Shown here: positions 11,819-21,382 of the stretch, in pieces
Layout: each line of letters starts with the position of its first letter
Numbering within the stretch: the first letter of the stretch is position 1
Source: Scenedesmus sp. PABB004
Taxonomy: Eukaryota
Assembly: GCA_014905635.1 (NCBI GenBank)
Contig: JABVCE010000005.1
Coordinates: 1,364,001-1,428,000 of the forward strand
DNA length: 64,000 nt
Direction: 5' to 3'
Program-made: the position numbers and the translations under genes
Notes under the pieces: generated by a model
The model's database searches: none
What the model was told of the DNA's origin: nothing
Seen by the model: the letters and a program-made list of their open reading frames with translations, nothing else

Positions 11819-12442
11819 GCAGAGCTGTCGCTGGGCGCGGAGTTCCACCGCTGCGCGACGCGCGCGCAGGCGCGCAACAAGGGCCGCAAGAAGAGCAGCC
11901 TGCTCAACCTGCGGCTCAACGACTACCGCCAGGTCTACTTCAGCAAGGAGGACCGCGCCGCCATCCCGCCGGCGCTCATCGAAGAGCTCAAGTGAGCGGC
12001 GCGGCGGCGGGCGGGGAGGGGCGAGCGGGCGGCGGGCGGGCAGGGGCGCGCGGCGGCGGCGGCGGCGCGGCGCGGCGTGGCAGCGGGGGCGGGCGCCGAG
12101 CGCGGCCGCCCGGGCGGCGCCGCAGGGCGATGAACGCGCTGGACGTGCGGCTGCACCGCCGCGCGCTGGAGCTGCTGGAGAAGCGGCGCGCCGACTCGGC
12201 GGCGGCGGGCAAGCTGCAGAAGCTGCCGCCCGCCGCGTCGAGCAAGGCCAAGGGCAAAGGTGCGCGCAGGCGGGCGCGGCGGGCGGGCGGGCGCGCCGGC
12301 GCCAGCCGCAGCGGCGCGCAGCGCGCAGCCGCCGCCGCGCTCGCCCGCCGCCGCCTGATATTCACACCCGCCGGCCCCGCTCGCCCCCGCGCGCTGCAGC
12401 CAACCCGTGATGATGCGCCCACCGCCCGCAGATGAGCTGTGA
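9734..12442 (+). CDS. TPST: Plant-type tyrosylprotein sulfotransferase (TPST) homologue with signal peptide, WW-like insertion and probable C-terminal KDEL. Exons 9734-10306, 10470-10506, 10656-10864, 11009-11639, 11823-11991, 12126-12259, 12432-12442
   Basis: Hydrophobic signal peptide; YFLHIPRTAGRT (5'-PAPS loop), CPKAYDHLR, SHDDFS, LRDPIDRFLSAYEFAIEVAAR, WPWSYL, HNGEFMQVLGLTN, FSKEDR..NALDVRL, all as in plant TPST. The last exon has an alternative acceptor (see findings). Confidence 0.85.
10519..10590. repeat. (GCGGGC)n hexamer microsatellite in TPST intron 2
   Basis: About 12 tandem hexamers are visible. Confidence 0.9.
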
Positions 12443-12777
12443 GGCGGCAGCCGCCGCAGCAGCGACAGCAGCGGCAGCAGCGGCAGCAGCGGCAGCAGCG
12501 GCAGCAGCGGCAGCAGCGGCAGGGGGGCGGGGGCAGCAGCCGCCGCCGCTCGCGCAGCAGCCTGCGCCAGCGGCGGGGCGGCGCCGCCGCCCCCGGTGAT
12601 GGGGCCGCCGCGGCCGCGGCGCGGTCGGGGCGGCACTGAACTGGGCATTGATTCGGGCGGACGCAGCGGGGCGGGACGGGCTGGGCGCGCAGCTGTCTGG
12701 GCGGGGCGGCAGGGCGGGGCGTGCCGCGTGATCTGGCAGGTTGCTGAGCGTTGCAAGCCTCTCTTCCGAGCGGCGCT

Positions 12778-12782
12778 TGTAA
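12778..12782 (+). promoter_or_regulatory. Putative chlorophyte polyadenylation signal TGTAA for the TPST gene
   Basis: TGTAA about 335 nt downstream of the stop codon; TGTAA is the established green-algal poly(A) signal. Confidence 0.5.
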
Positions 12783-12890
12783 AGCGGCGAGGTCCGGGTT
12801 TGGCGCCATGCGCAGCCAAGCGGACGCGCCGCCGAGCAACAGCTGAGCTGCGCCGCGCTGCGCGACGCCCCGCGCTCGCCCGCCGCTGGC

Positions 12891-14344
12891 TCAGTCGCGG
12901 TGTTGCCGCAGCTCTGCGTCCTTCTGCTTGGTCAGCCGCTCCACCTCGGCGACGTACTGGTCATGCAGCTTCTGCAGCTGCGGGCGGCGGCGGCGGACGC
13001 TCGGCCGCCCGGCCACGCGCTGCACGGCCGCCCCGCTCGCCCAACGCCGCCGCTGGCGCCGCTGCCGCAGCGGCGCGCGGCTGCGCCGCCGCACCTCCTT
13101 CTCCGCGCGCTTCTTGTCGTCCGCGCTGGCGGCCTTGAACGCGCGGCGGATGGCCTCCATGCCCTTCTGGCGCGCGTGGCGCACGCTCACGTGCGCGCCC
13201 TCGGCCTCCACGCGCACGAGCTTGACCAGGCGGTCGATCGTCTCGTTGGTCATGCGCGGCAGCTTGACCAGCACCTCGCCGCCCTCGCTCGCGGGCGCGA
13301 GCCCCAGCGGCGAGTCGCGGATCGCCTTCTCCACAGCCTTGGCCAACTGCGGACGCGGCGGCGGCCGCGGCGGCGGCGGCGCGGGTGTGCGCGGGCGGGA
13401 GGGAGCGAGGGAGCGAGGGCAGTCGGACAGGCCGAGCGCGGCCCCGCGGCGGACGGGCCGCACGCCTCACCCCTGGGTCGAAGAGCGCGACCGCGAGCAG
13501 CTGCGGGCCGCGCACGGTCACGCTGCCGCAGGCCTTGACCGGCAGGTGGTCGCCCGCCGCGTCGACGGTGATGTTCTCGATCAGCCCCGGCGTCGCGCGC
13601 CCGCTGCGCACGCCCGCGAGCTCGTGCAGGAAGTGCTGCACCGCGGTCTGCATCATCCTGCGAGCGCCAGGCTGGGCCGTCGGGGCGCGCGCGGCGCGGC
13701 GGGCGAGCCCGCCGCCGGCGCTGCGCGCCGCGCCGCCGCAGCGCGCCGCGCCGCCACACTGCCTCGACGCCGCGCCGCGGGCCGCCCCGCCACCCCCGGT
13801 GGCCGTCCCCCACTCACGCCTCAAACGGGCTGGGATCGTACTCTGGCTCCTCCCCGCCCTCGCCACCCGCGTCATCGCTGTCGTCACCCGCCGCGCCGCG
13901 CGGCGCCTTGCCGCCGCCGCCGCCCTTGCGCGCTGCGGCCGGTCGGGGGTCGGCGGTCGGCGGTCGGCGGCCGGACCGCCGCGGCCGCGCGCCCGGCCGG
14001 CGGCGGCGGCGACGCGCACCTTTGCCCTTTGCGTAGTGCGCGGCAAAGCCCTGCCACGGCCGCAGCAGCGCCTGCTGCTGCTGCCGCTGCTGCGCGGCCG
14101 CGCCTGCGGCGCAGCACACGGCGGCGCCGCCCCAGCCATTCAGCAGGCCGCTGCCTGCTGACGCAGCCGCCCAAGAGGCGCGGCCCTCGGCGGCCCTGCG
14201 GCCGGGCGGCGGCGGCAGCAGCAGCGGCAGCGCGGTTGCGGCCCCCGCGCCGTGCCGCCCTGCAGGCCCCTGCGACTGCCGATCCGCTTCGCACCGAGCC
14301 AGCGCCAGCAGCGAGCCCAGGCGCGCCCGGGCCGCGCCCGCCAT
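12891..14344 (-). CDS. RRF: Organellar (probably mitochondrial) ribosome recycling factor. Exons 14344-14020, 13932-13818, 13657-13471, 13346-13095, 12977-12891
   Basis: ELAGVRSGRATPGLIENITV..VEKAIRDSPLGLAP..VKLPRMTNET..AHVSVRHARQKGM..DDKKRAEKELQKLHDQYV..QKDAEL are RRF motifs. Long N-terminal presequence. Confidence 0.93.
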
Positions 14345-14675
14345 GCTGGGGCGCGGGGGAGCGGCGGCGGCGCGGGGAGCGAATGCCGAGCGCGCGCTGG
14401 ATGCAGCAGCACGAGCGCTGCCGCGATTTCTCTGCCGGTCGACGCTGCGTAAGACTGGTGGGATTGGGTGCTGGGGGTCTGCTCCTCGCTTGCTCGGGCT
14501 GCGCCGCAGCGGCGGCGCGGCGAGAGGGTTCTCTAGCCTGCAACGCACCGCGGGCCGCAGTGCGCCACCGTCCGTGTCCAGCGCACGGCGTCAGAGATCA
14601 CGATCGGGCAGCGCCCGGCCGCCGCGCCCCGTCGGCAGCGGCCGGCGCTCGGTCAACACCGTCGACCGCGGCGCG

Positions 14676-17399
14676 ATGCCCGCCCCCGACGCGCCCGACG
14701 CCGCCCCGCCGCCAACGGCCTGGGCGGCGGTCAAGGCGGCATGTAGCCTGCAGGCTCCGGCAGGCGGCGCTGATGCGCAGGCCGGCGCCACCGCCGACGA
14801 CGCGGCAGCGCGCGCCGCCTCGGCGGACCTGCTGCGCCGCTGCGTCAATGCCGGCAATGGCCTGTCGGCGGCCGACGCGGCGGCAGCAGCAGCGGTGCTG
14901 CGTGGCGCAGACGCGCTCTCGCCCGGCCGCGCGCCCGGCCGCCGCCGCGACCAGTCGCCGCCGCCCCTCGGCGGCTGGGCGGCCGTGCAGGCGGCGGCGG
15001 CGCCAGAGGCGGCAGACGCCGCACGGCCGAGCGACCGCTCGCCGCCGCGGACAGCGGATGCCGCGGCGGCCGCGGCGAGCCGCGCCAAGCCCCGGCCGCT
15101 CGCGGCAAGCCTGTCGCAGCTGCCGCCGCTGCGGGGGCAGCAGCTGCAGGGCTGCGCGCTGCGGCGCTCGCACCAGCACCGGCCGGCGCCCGCCGGCAGC
15201 GCCCCGGCCGTGCGGCAGTGGCTCGCCGCCGCCGCGGCGGCGGCCGTGCCAGACGGCGGGCGCGCGCCCCCGCCGCGCGGCGGTCGGGCCGGCGCGCCCG
15301 GGCCCGAGCAGGCGGCGCTGCAGCAGGGCCTGGCCGAGATGCGCGCGCGCGCCGTGCTGCGCCGCTGGCACGAGGCGGCGGCGGACGAGGCGCTGGTCCG
15401 CGCGCGCGCGCGGCCGATGCGCTCGCTGCTCACCAAGCGCCGCGCGCTGCGCGCGTGGCGACGCGGCGCGGCGGCGGGCGAGCCGCCGGGCGAGCCGGGC
15501 GGGCAGCAGCAGCAGCACCACCCCGGCGAGCCGCAGCAGCAGCACCCCGGCGCGCCGCCGTGCGAGCCGGGGGCGCTCACGCGGCGCGAGCGCGTGGCGT
15601 GCCAGTTTCACCGCCTCTTCCGGCTGCACGCCGTCCTCGTCGCCTGGCGCCCGCTCGCGGCGGCGGCGGCGCTCGAGCGACGGAGCGAGGCGGACGCGCG
15701 CGCGCTGGCCGCGCAGCGCGCGGAGCTGCTGGCGCTGGCGGCGGCTGAGGAGCGGCGCGCGCTGCGCGAGCGGCGGCGCGTGCAGGCGGCCAAGGCGCTG
15801 GCCATCGCGGCGCAGTTTTGGCGCGTCTCCGTGCTGCACGCCGCGCTCGCGGCGTGGCGCCGGGACGCCGCCGCGTCCGCGGCCCTCGCGCGGCTGCACG
15901 CGCCCCCCGCCGCCGCGGCGCGCACGCGCCGCGGCGCCGACGACTGCGCGGCGCTGATGCAGGCCAAGGCGGCGCAGCTGCTGCAGCGGCTGGCGGGCAG
16001 GCAGGCGCCGGCGCGGCTGCCTGCTGCCGCGCCAGCGCAGCCGGCCGCCCCGCCGGCGGCGCCCCAGCCGCCGCGGCAGCCGCCGCGGCAGAGCCGGCAG
16101 CGGGGCGTTGCCGCTGCGGAGCCGCCGCCGCCGCCGCCACCGCCGCCGTCGCAGCCAGCCCTGCCAGCGGCAGCCGCAGCGCCTGCGTCGCCGGTCGCTG
16201 ACGGCAGCGCGCCGGACGGCATTCTGGAGCTGCCAGGCGCGGCGCTGGGCCAATGCGCTGGCAATGCTGGCAGCGCACCAGCGCTGGCCGCAGCAGCTCA
16301 GGCGCCTGCAGCAGCAGCTCGGCAGCAGGCGTCCCCGCCAGTACTGCCGCCACCGCCTCCGCAGCAGCAGAAGCAGCCCGGCGGGGCGGCAGGTGGCGGC
16401 GGCCAGCGCGCGCCCCGCGCCAGCCAGGCGAGCTCCAGGCCCGCGCCGGCGGCGCGGCAGGCAGCTGCAGCGGGCGGCGACGAGGAGCGGCGCCGGCGGC
16501 AGCAGCAGGCGGCGCGCCGGCTCCAGGCGGCGCAGGAGCGGCGCGCGTGGGAGGCGCAGCGCCTGGAGGCGCAGCTCGCGGCGGAGCTGGAGCTGCAGCA
16601 GGCGGAGCTGGCGGGGCTGCACCACGAGCTCGCGCTGCAGCGGCGCGGCCTGGCGCCCTGGCGCGCGCTGCTGGCGCTGCGCGCGGAGCAGGGCGCCGCG
16701 GCCACGCGCTGGCGGCGCGGCGTGCTGCTGCGCGCGGGCGTCGCGGCGCTGCGGGCGCTGCTGGCGCACCGCCGCAAGCGCCTGGCCTGCCGGCAGGTGC
16801 GGGCGGTCGGCGTGCTGCGCCGCCTGCGGCAGCGCCACCAGCAGCGCGCCGCGCTCGCGGCCCTGTCCGCCTGGGCGGCGGCGTGCGTGGCCGCCAGGCG
16901 GCTGCTCGCACGGCGCGGCCTGGCCGCGTGGCGCGCCGCGGTGGCGGACGCGGCGGAGCTCCTGGCAGAGGCGCGGCGCACGGCGCGCGCGCGGCACCAG
17001 CGCGCGGTGCTGGCCGCCTGGCGGCGCGCGGCGGACGCGCAGGCCCAGGAGCAGCTGCTGGTCGAGCTGCGGCTGCAGGGTGAGGCCATTGCGTGGCGCG
17101 ACGGGCGCGCCCGCCGCCGCGCGCTCGCGGGCTGGCGCCGCGCAGCGGCGGCCGAGGTTGCCGGCCGCGCGCAGGCGGCGCGGCGGGATGCGCTGATGGC
17201 GCGCGCGCGCGGCTGGCTGAGCGAGCTGGCCGGCGAGCGCGGCGCGGCGCACTACAGCATCGTGCCTGCCGGTGCCGGCAGCGGCGGCTGCCCGACCGCG
17301 GGCGGGCGCGCGGTGCCGGAGTTGCCGCCGTGGGAGCTGCCCAGTGACGGCGACGAGCTCGAGCTGGGAAGCCTAGAGCTGGGAAGCCTGGACGCGTGA
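14676..17399 (+). CDS. Helical protein with Sfi1-like Trp repeats (possible centrin-binding/basal-body protein), apparently intronless
   Basis: Long ORF with repeated R..(A/V)L.(A/G)WR motifs (RAVLRRWH, RALRAWRR, LHAVLVAWR, LHAALAAWRR, RRGLAPWR, RRGLAAWR, RAVLAAWRR, RALAGWRR) and coiled-coil segments. Start chosen at the first ATG. Confidence 0.6.
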   Translation: MPAPDAPDAAPPPTAWAAVKAACSLQAPAGGADAQAGATADDAAARAASADLLRRCVNAGNGLSAADAAAAAAVLRGADALSPGRAPGRRRDQSPPPLGGWAAVQAAAAPEAADAARPSDRSPPRTADAAAAAASRAKPRPLAASLSQLPPLRGQQLQGCALRRSHQHRPAPAGSAPAVRQWLAAAAAAAVPDGGRAPPPRGGRAGAPGPEQAALQQGLAEMRARAVLRRWHEAAADEALVRARARPMRSLLTKRRALRAWRRGAAAGEPPGEPGGQQQQHHPGEPQQQHPGAPPCEPGALTRRERVACQFHRLFRLHAVLVAWRPLAAAAALERRSEADARALAAQRAELLALAAAEERRALRERRRVQAAKALAIAAQFWRVSVLHAALAAWRRDAAASAALARLHAPPAAAARTRRGADDCAALMQAKAAQLLQRLAGRQAPARLPAAAPAQPAAPPAAPQPPRQPPRQSRQRGVAAAEPPPPPPPPPSQPALPAAAAAPASPVADGSAPDGILELPGAALGQCAGNAGSAPALAAAAQAPAAAARQQASPPVLPPPPPQQQKQPGGAAGGGGQRAPRASQASSRPAPAARQAAAAGGDEERRRRQQQAARRLQAAQERRAWEAQRLEAQLAAELELQQAELAGLHHELALQRRGLAPWRALLALRAEQGAAATRWRRGVLLRAGVAALRALLAHRRKRLACRQVRAVGVLRRLRQRHQQRAALAALSAWAAACVAARRLLARRGLAAWRAAVADAAELLAEARRTARARHQRAVLAAWRRAADAQAQEQLLVELRLQGEAIAWRDGRARRRALAGWRRAAAAEVAGRAQAARRDALMARARGWLSELAGERGAAHYSIVPAGAGSGGCPTAGGRAVPELPPWELPSDGDELELGSLELGSLDA

Positions 17400-17474
17400 G
17401 GCAACGGCGCCGCACGCGGAGGTGTTCGTTCAGTCGCCCTCGACAACGCCCATGCAGCTGCACGCCACGCGCCG

Positions 17475-19071
17475 TCATTGCTCCTGCTTCTCTGGCTGCC
17501 CCGCTTGCTGCTGCTCCTCAGGCTGCCCCGCTTGCCGCTCCTGCGCCGCCGCTGCCGCCGCCTCCAGCGCCGCCAGCCGCGCGGTGGCGTCCGCGTTGCG
17601 CGGCTCCGCCGCGAGCGCGGCGCGCAGGTCGGCCGCCGCGGCGGCGGCGTCGCCGAGGCCCTCGCGCGCCGCGGCGCGGCGCAGCAGCGCCTTGACGTTG
17701 CCCGGCTCGGCCGCGAGCACCGCGCCCGCGTCGGCCGCGGCCTCGGCAAACATGGACAGCTTGAGGTAGACGAGGGATCGGTTGTTCCGCGCCGCCGTCG
17801 CGGCGGGGTCGAGCCGGACCGACGCGGTAAAGTGCTCCAGCGCGGCCTGCAGGTCGCCCCGGCGCAGCGCCGCGTTGCCCTTGGCCTTCTCCGCGCCCGC
17901 GGCGCTGCCCGCCGCGCCGCGCGCGGGCGCCGCGGGCGCGCGCGGCGCCGCCGCCGGCGCCGCCGCCGCGCCGCCGGCCGGCCTGCAGGCGCTGCAGCAG
18001 CGCCGCGGTCTCGCCGCTGCGCTCGGCGCGGCGCGCGAGCTGCGCGTTGGCCTCGGCGACCCAGGGCGCGGCGCTGGAGAGGTCGGACAGGGTGAAGTCG
18101 AGGCGCTCAAAGTCCTCCTCGTTGTCCATGTAGCGCCCCACAAACACGTCCCCCGACACCTGCGAGGCGGCGCAGCGCGAGCGCGCGCAGGGCGGGCGAG
18201 CGGCGGGGCGGCAGGCGCTCGGCGCGGCCGCGAGCGCCGGCGGCGGCGGCGCGGCGCGGCGGCGCGGCCGAGCGTGGCGCGGCGCGGCGCGGCGCGGCGC
18301 GGCGCGGCGCGGCGCGGCGCGGCACCTGCAGGTGCTGCCCCGCCGCGGCGGCGATCGCGGTCGCGCGCGGGTTGGGCGGCAGCGCCTTGAGCGTCGCCTG
18401 GTCGTCGCAGTAGAGGTAGACGCCGACAAAGCCCGTCGCCGGCGCGTTGGCGAGCAGCGCGATCGGCTCCACCTGCGCGCCGGGGCGCGGCGTGCGGCGC
18501 GGCGTGAGGCGTGCGGCGCGGCGCGGCCGGGCAGCGGTTGCGAGCGCTGCGGCGTGACGCGCCATCTGCTGGCTCGACAGCATCCTCAGCAGCCCCTCGT
18601 CCACGCCCGCCGCCTTGTCGCCCATCTGCGCCTTGAACGCCTGCGTCAGGCCGGGCGGCGGACGCGTCGGCGCGCCAGCGCGCCAGCGCGTGCGCCGACG
18701 TGCGCGCCGACGGTCGCGCCGACGGTCGCCCCGACGGGCGCGGCGCGGCGCGCCGCCGCGCGCACCTGCTCCACGGCGCGCTGCTGCGCGTCGGAGCGGT
18801 GCCCCGCGGCGCGCTTGAAGTGCTTCTTGAGGTGGTTGATGAACCCCAGCACCTCATCGCTCTTGGGCCCCTCAAACGTGCGCTCCTCGATGTCCTCGCC
18901 GCTGCAGCGCGGCGGTGGGAGGTGGGCGGCGGGCGGCGCGAGCGAGCGAGCGAGCAGCGCGCGGCCGGCGGCGGCGGCGGCGGCTGCGGCAGCTGGCTCC
19001 GCCGCGCCGCACCTGTCGGCGGGGATGAAGACGTACTTGAACGACACGCGGTCGTCCTCAGCCGCCGGCAT
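17475..19071 (-). CDS. TPR-domain co-chaperone-like protein with an uncharacterised N-terminal domain; apparent frameshift near 17980
   Basis: N-terminal exons FKYVFIPAD..VYLYCDDQATLKALPPNPRA..VSGDVFVGRYMDNEEDFERLDF. C-terminal triple TPR: EKAKGNAAL..ARNNRSLVYLKL..NVKALLRRAAAREGLG..ALAAEPRN. Confidence 0.82.
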
Positions 19072-20019
19072 GGCTGGCGGCTCGGCGCCGGCGTCCGCCG
19101 AGCGCACAGCGGCAGCGGCGGCGGCTGCGACGCCGGCGAGCGCGGCCGCCCGCACTGTCGGTCGGTCTGGAAGTGTGGTGGGTCGACGGTGGCGTGCGCG
19201 GCGTGCGGGCAGCGGCGGCGGGTGCGCGCGAGCGGCGGCAGCAGCGCGCGCTCGGGCGGCGGCGGCGAGGGGTGGAGCTGATGATGCCGCGCGGGCGTTG
19301 GCTGGAAGGGGTGGATGCACCAACGGGGGGTATGGGCAGCCGCGCAGCCCGCGGCGCAGCGGGGCCCTGCACCCTGGCAGACCAGCAGCAAAAAGCCACC
19401 TGCTCGCGCAGTCCCGCGTGCCCCGCCCGCGTGCCCTCGCCCGCCCCCGCCATCCCGCACGGCCCGACGTTGGCGGGCGCGCGCGGCGCGCGCGATCGCA
19501 GGCCGGCCTGCCGCGCTGCGCCCGCCTCGCGCGGGACGGCCGTCCGGGAGCCCGGAGGCAATCCCGGCTGCGTGGGAGGCGCCGCGTCAGCCGGTGCGGG
19601 CCCTGCGCGGCGGCGGCGCCACGGTCGCGCGGCGGCGGTTGCGACCGCCGCACCGGCGCGCGCGACCGCCTCGACCCCCGCGCCCCAGTCCCGGGGCCCC
19701 GGGGCACATCCCCCGGGCAGGCAATGCACGCGCTCACACTCCCGCGCCGCGCCGCCGCTGCCGGCAGGTGGCGCGCCCGCCTGCCGCGAGCGGCGGCGCG
19801 CGCTGCGATGGCGGCGGCGCCCGCGGCACCCGTCGCCGGCGCCAGCGCGCACTGGCCGCCGCCGGCGGCGCCCGCGGCGGGGCAGCGCGGCGGGGCGCCG
19901 CCCGCGAGCTCGCCCCTCGCCGCCGCCGCCAGCAAGCTCCTCGCGGCGCTGAGCCGCGGCCTGCTCGGCGGCGGCGCGCGTCGCGCGCGCGCGGCGGCGG
20001 CGGCGCGCGGCGCGTCCGC

Positions 20020-20436
20020 ATGCGGCGGCGCGCGCGCGCGACGCCGCCGGCGGAGGCCGACCCCGCGGACAGCTACGAGGACCTGCTCGCGCTCGACGCG
20101 CACGCCGTGCGCCGCGGCGTGCGCCCGGCCGCGCTCGCGGTGCTGCCGCGGCGCGCGCCGAGCGCGGCCGACGCGGCGGCGCAGCGGCGCTGCTTCATCT
20201 GCCTCGAGCGCTGGGCGCCGCCCAGCAGTGGCGGCGGGGCGCACCAGCACCAACACCACCAGCAGCACCAGCAGCACCAGCAGCAGGACCACGGCGCCAT
20301 CGTCGCCCTGCCCTGCCGGCACGAGTTCTGCCTCGCCTGCTGCGCGCGCTGGCTGGCGGAGCACGCGACGTGCCCGACCTGCCGCTGGGCGTTCCCGGAG
20401 AGCGCGACGACGCTCATCAACTTCAGCGCCAAGTAG
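20020..20436 (+). CDS. RING-finger protein (putative E3 ligase); start uncertain (an upstream ATG at 19808 is in another frame)
   Basis: SYEDLLALD motif followed by CFICLE..LPCRHEFCLACCARWL..TCPTCR. Confidence 0.8.
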   Translation: MRRRARATPPAEADPADSYEDLLALDAHAVRRGVRPAALAVLPRRAPSAADAAAQRRCFICLERWAPPSSGGGAHQHQHHQQHQQHQQQDHGAIVALPCRHEFCLACCARWLAEHATCPTCRWAFPESATTLINFSAK

Positions 20437-21382
20437 GGGCGTGGCCGCGTCGGCGCGTGGGGCGCGGGGAGGGTTTTAGGGTTAGGGCGCGGGGCGCGCC
20501 GTCAGCGGCCTGCGAGGCCTTGTACCTCCAGCGCTCCGTGCGGGGCGGTTGTATGCGTTTTGACGGCCCGGCCCGGTGCGGCGCGCGCGCGCCGGGCCGC
20601 TCTGTATGACGTGTGTATGTGCGCCGCCGCCCGCGCGGGCGGCTGTGTGCACCATCTGTACAACAGCGCGGCTTGCAGGTTGGTGGGATGCGCGTGTGTC
20701 GGGAGAGAGAGAGAGCAACGCAGGCGGCGCGGGGAGGCGAGGGGCGGCCGGCTGGACGCGGGCGGGCCGGCTGCACGTCCGCGGCGCTGCGCCACGTGGC
20801 GGCGACCCGCATGCCGCATGGGTCAAGTGACTTGCCTGCCTCATTGAGCTGCCGCAGCGTGTGCCTGCACTTGCACCTGCACTGCCTAGGACGCGACGCG
20901 CGCGACTGGCAACTCGCCCCGTGCGCGGCAGCGGCCCCGTCGCCGCCGGCAGCGCGCGTCACCAGCCGACGAGCCCTGCACACGCGCGCGACCCACCTTC
21001 CGCTTGGCCTGTCGCCGAGGGCCACCCCACGCCCGCGCCACGGCGCTTAGCAGGCGGCGTTTACCGGGTCACCGCGCCGCCGCCGGCCGCCGCTGCTCAA
21101 CGCCGCGGCAGGGGTCGAGCGCGGGCTTCCATGGTCCGCGCGCCCGCTCAAGCCGCATGCCTCGATCGCTCCTGTCCGCAGGACGGGCCGAACAGCCGAA
21201 AAGAGCCCGCCGGCAGCCGAGTCACCGGGCTGCCCCCGCGGTTCAGAAAGGTTCGCCGCGCCGCGCTGGCGACGTCCGGGCGCCGCCCGCGCCGGCTCCA
21301 GACTCTGTGCATCTCCAACCGTCCTCCCAGCGATCCAGAGCAGCAGTGCCACGCCTTTCAGGCCCGCGCGCGCGCGCGCACC

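Noticed and set aside
12355..12413. CTGA and GTGATGA boxes in the last TPST intron as a C/D snoRNA
   Set aside because: The boxes are in the wrong order (D before C) and there is no terminal stem.
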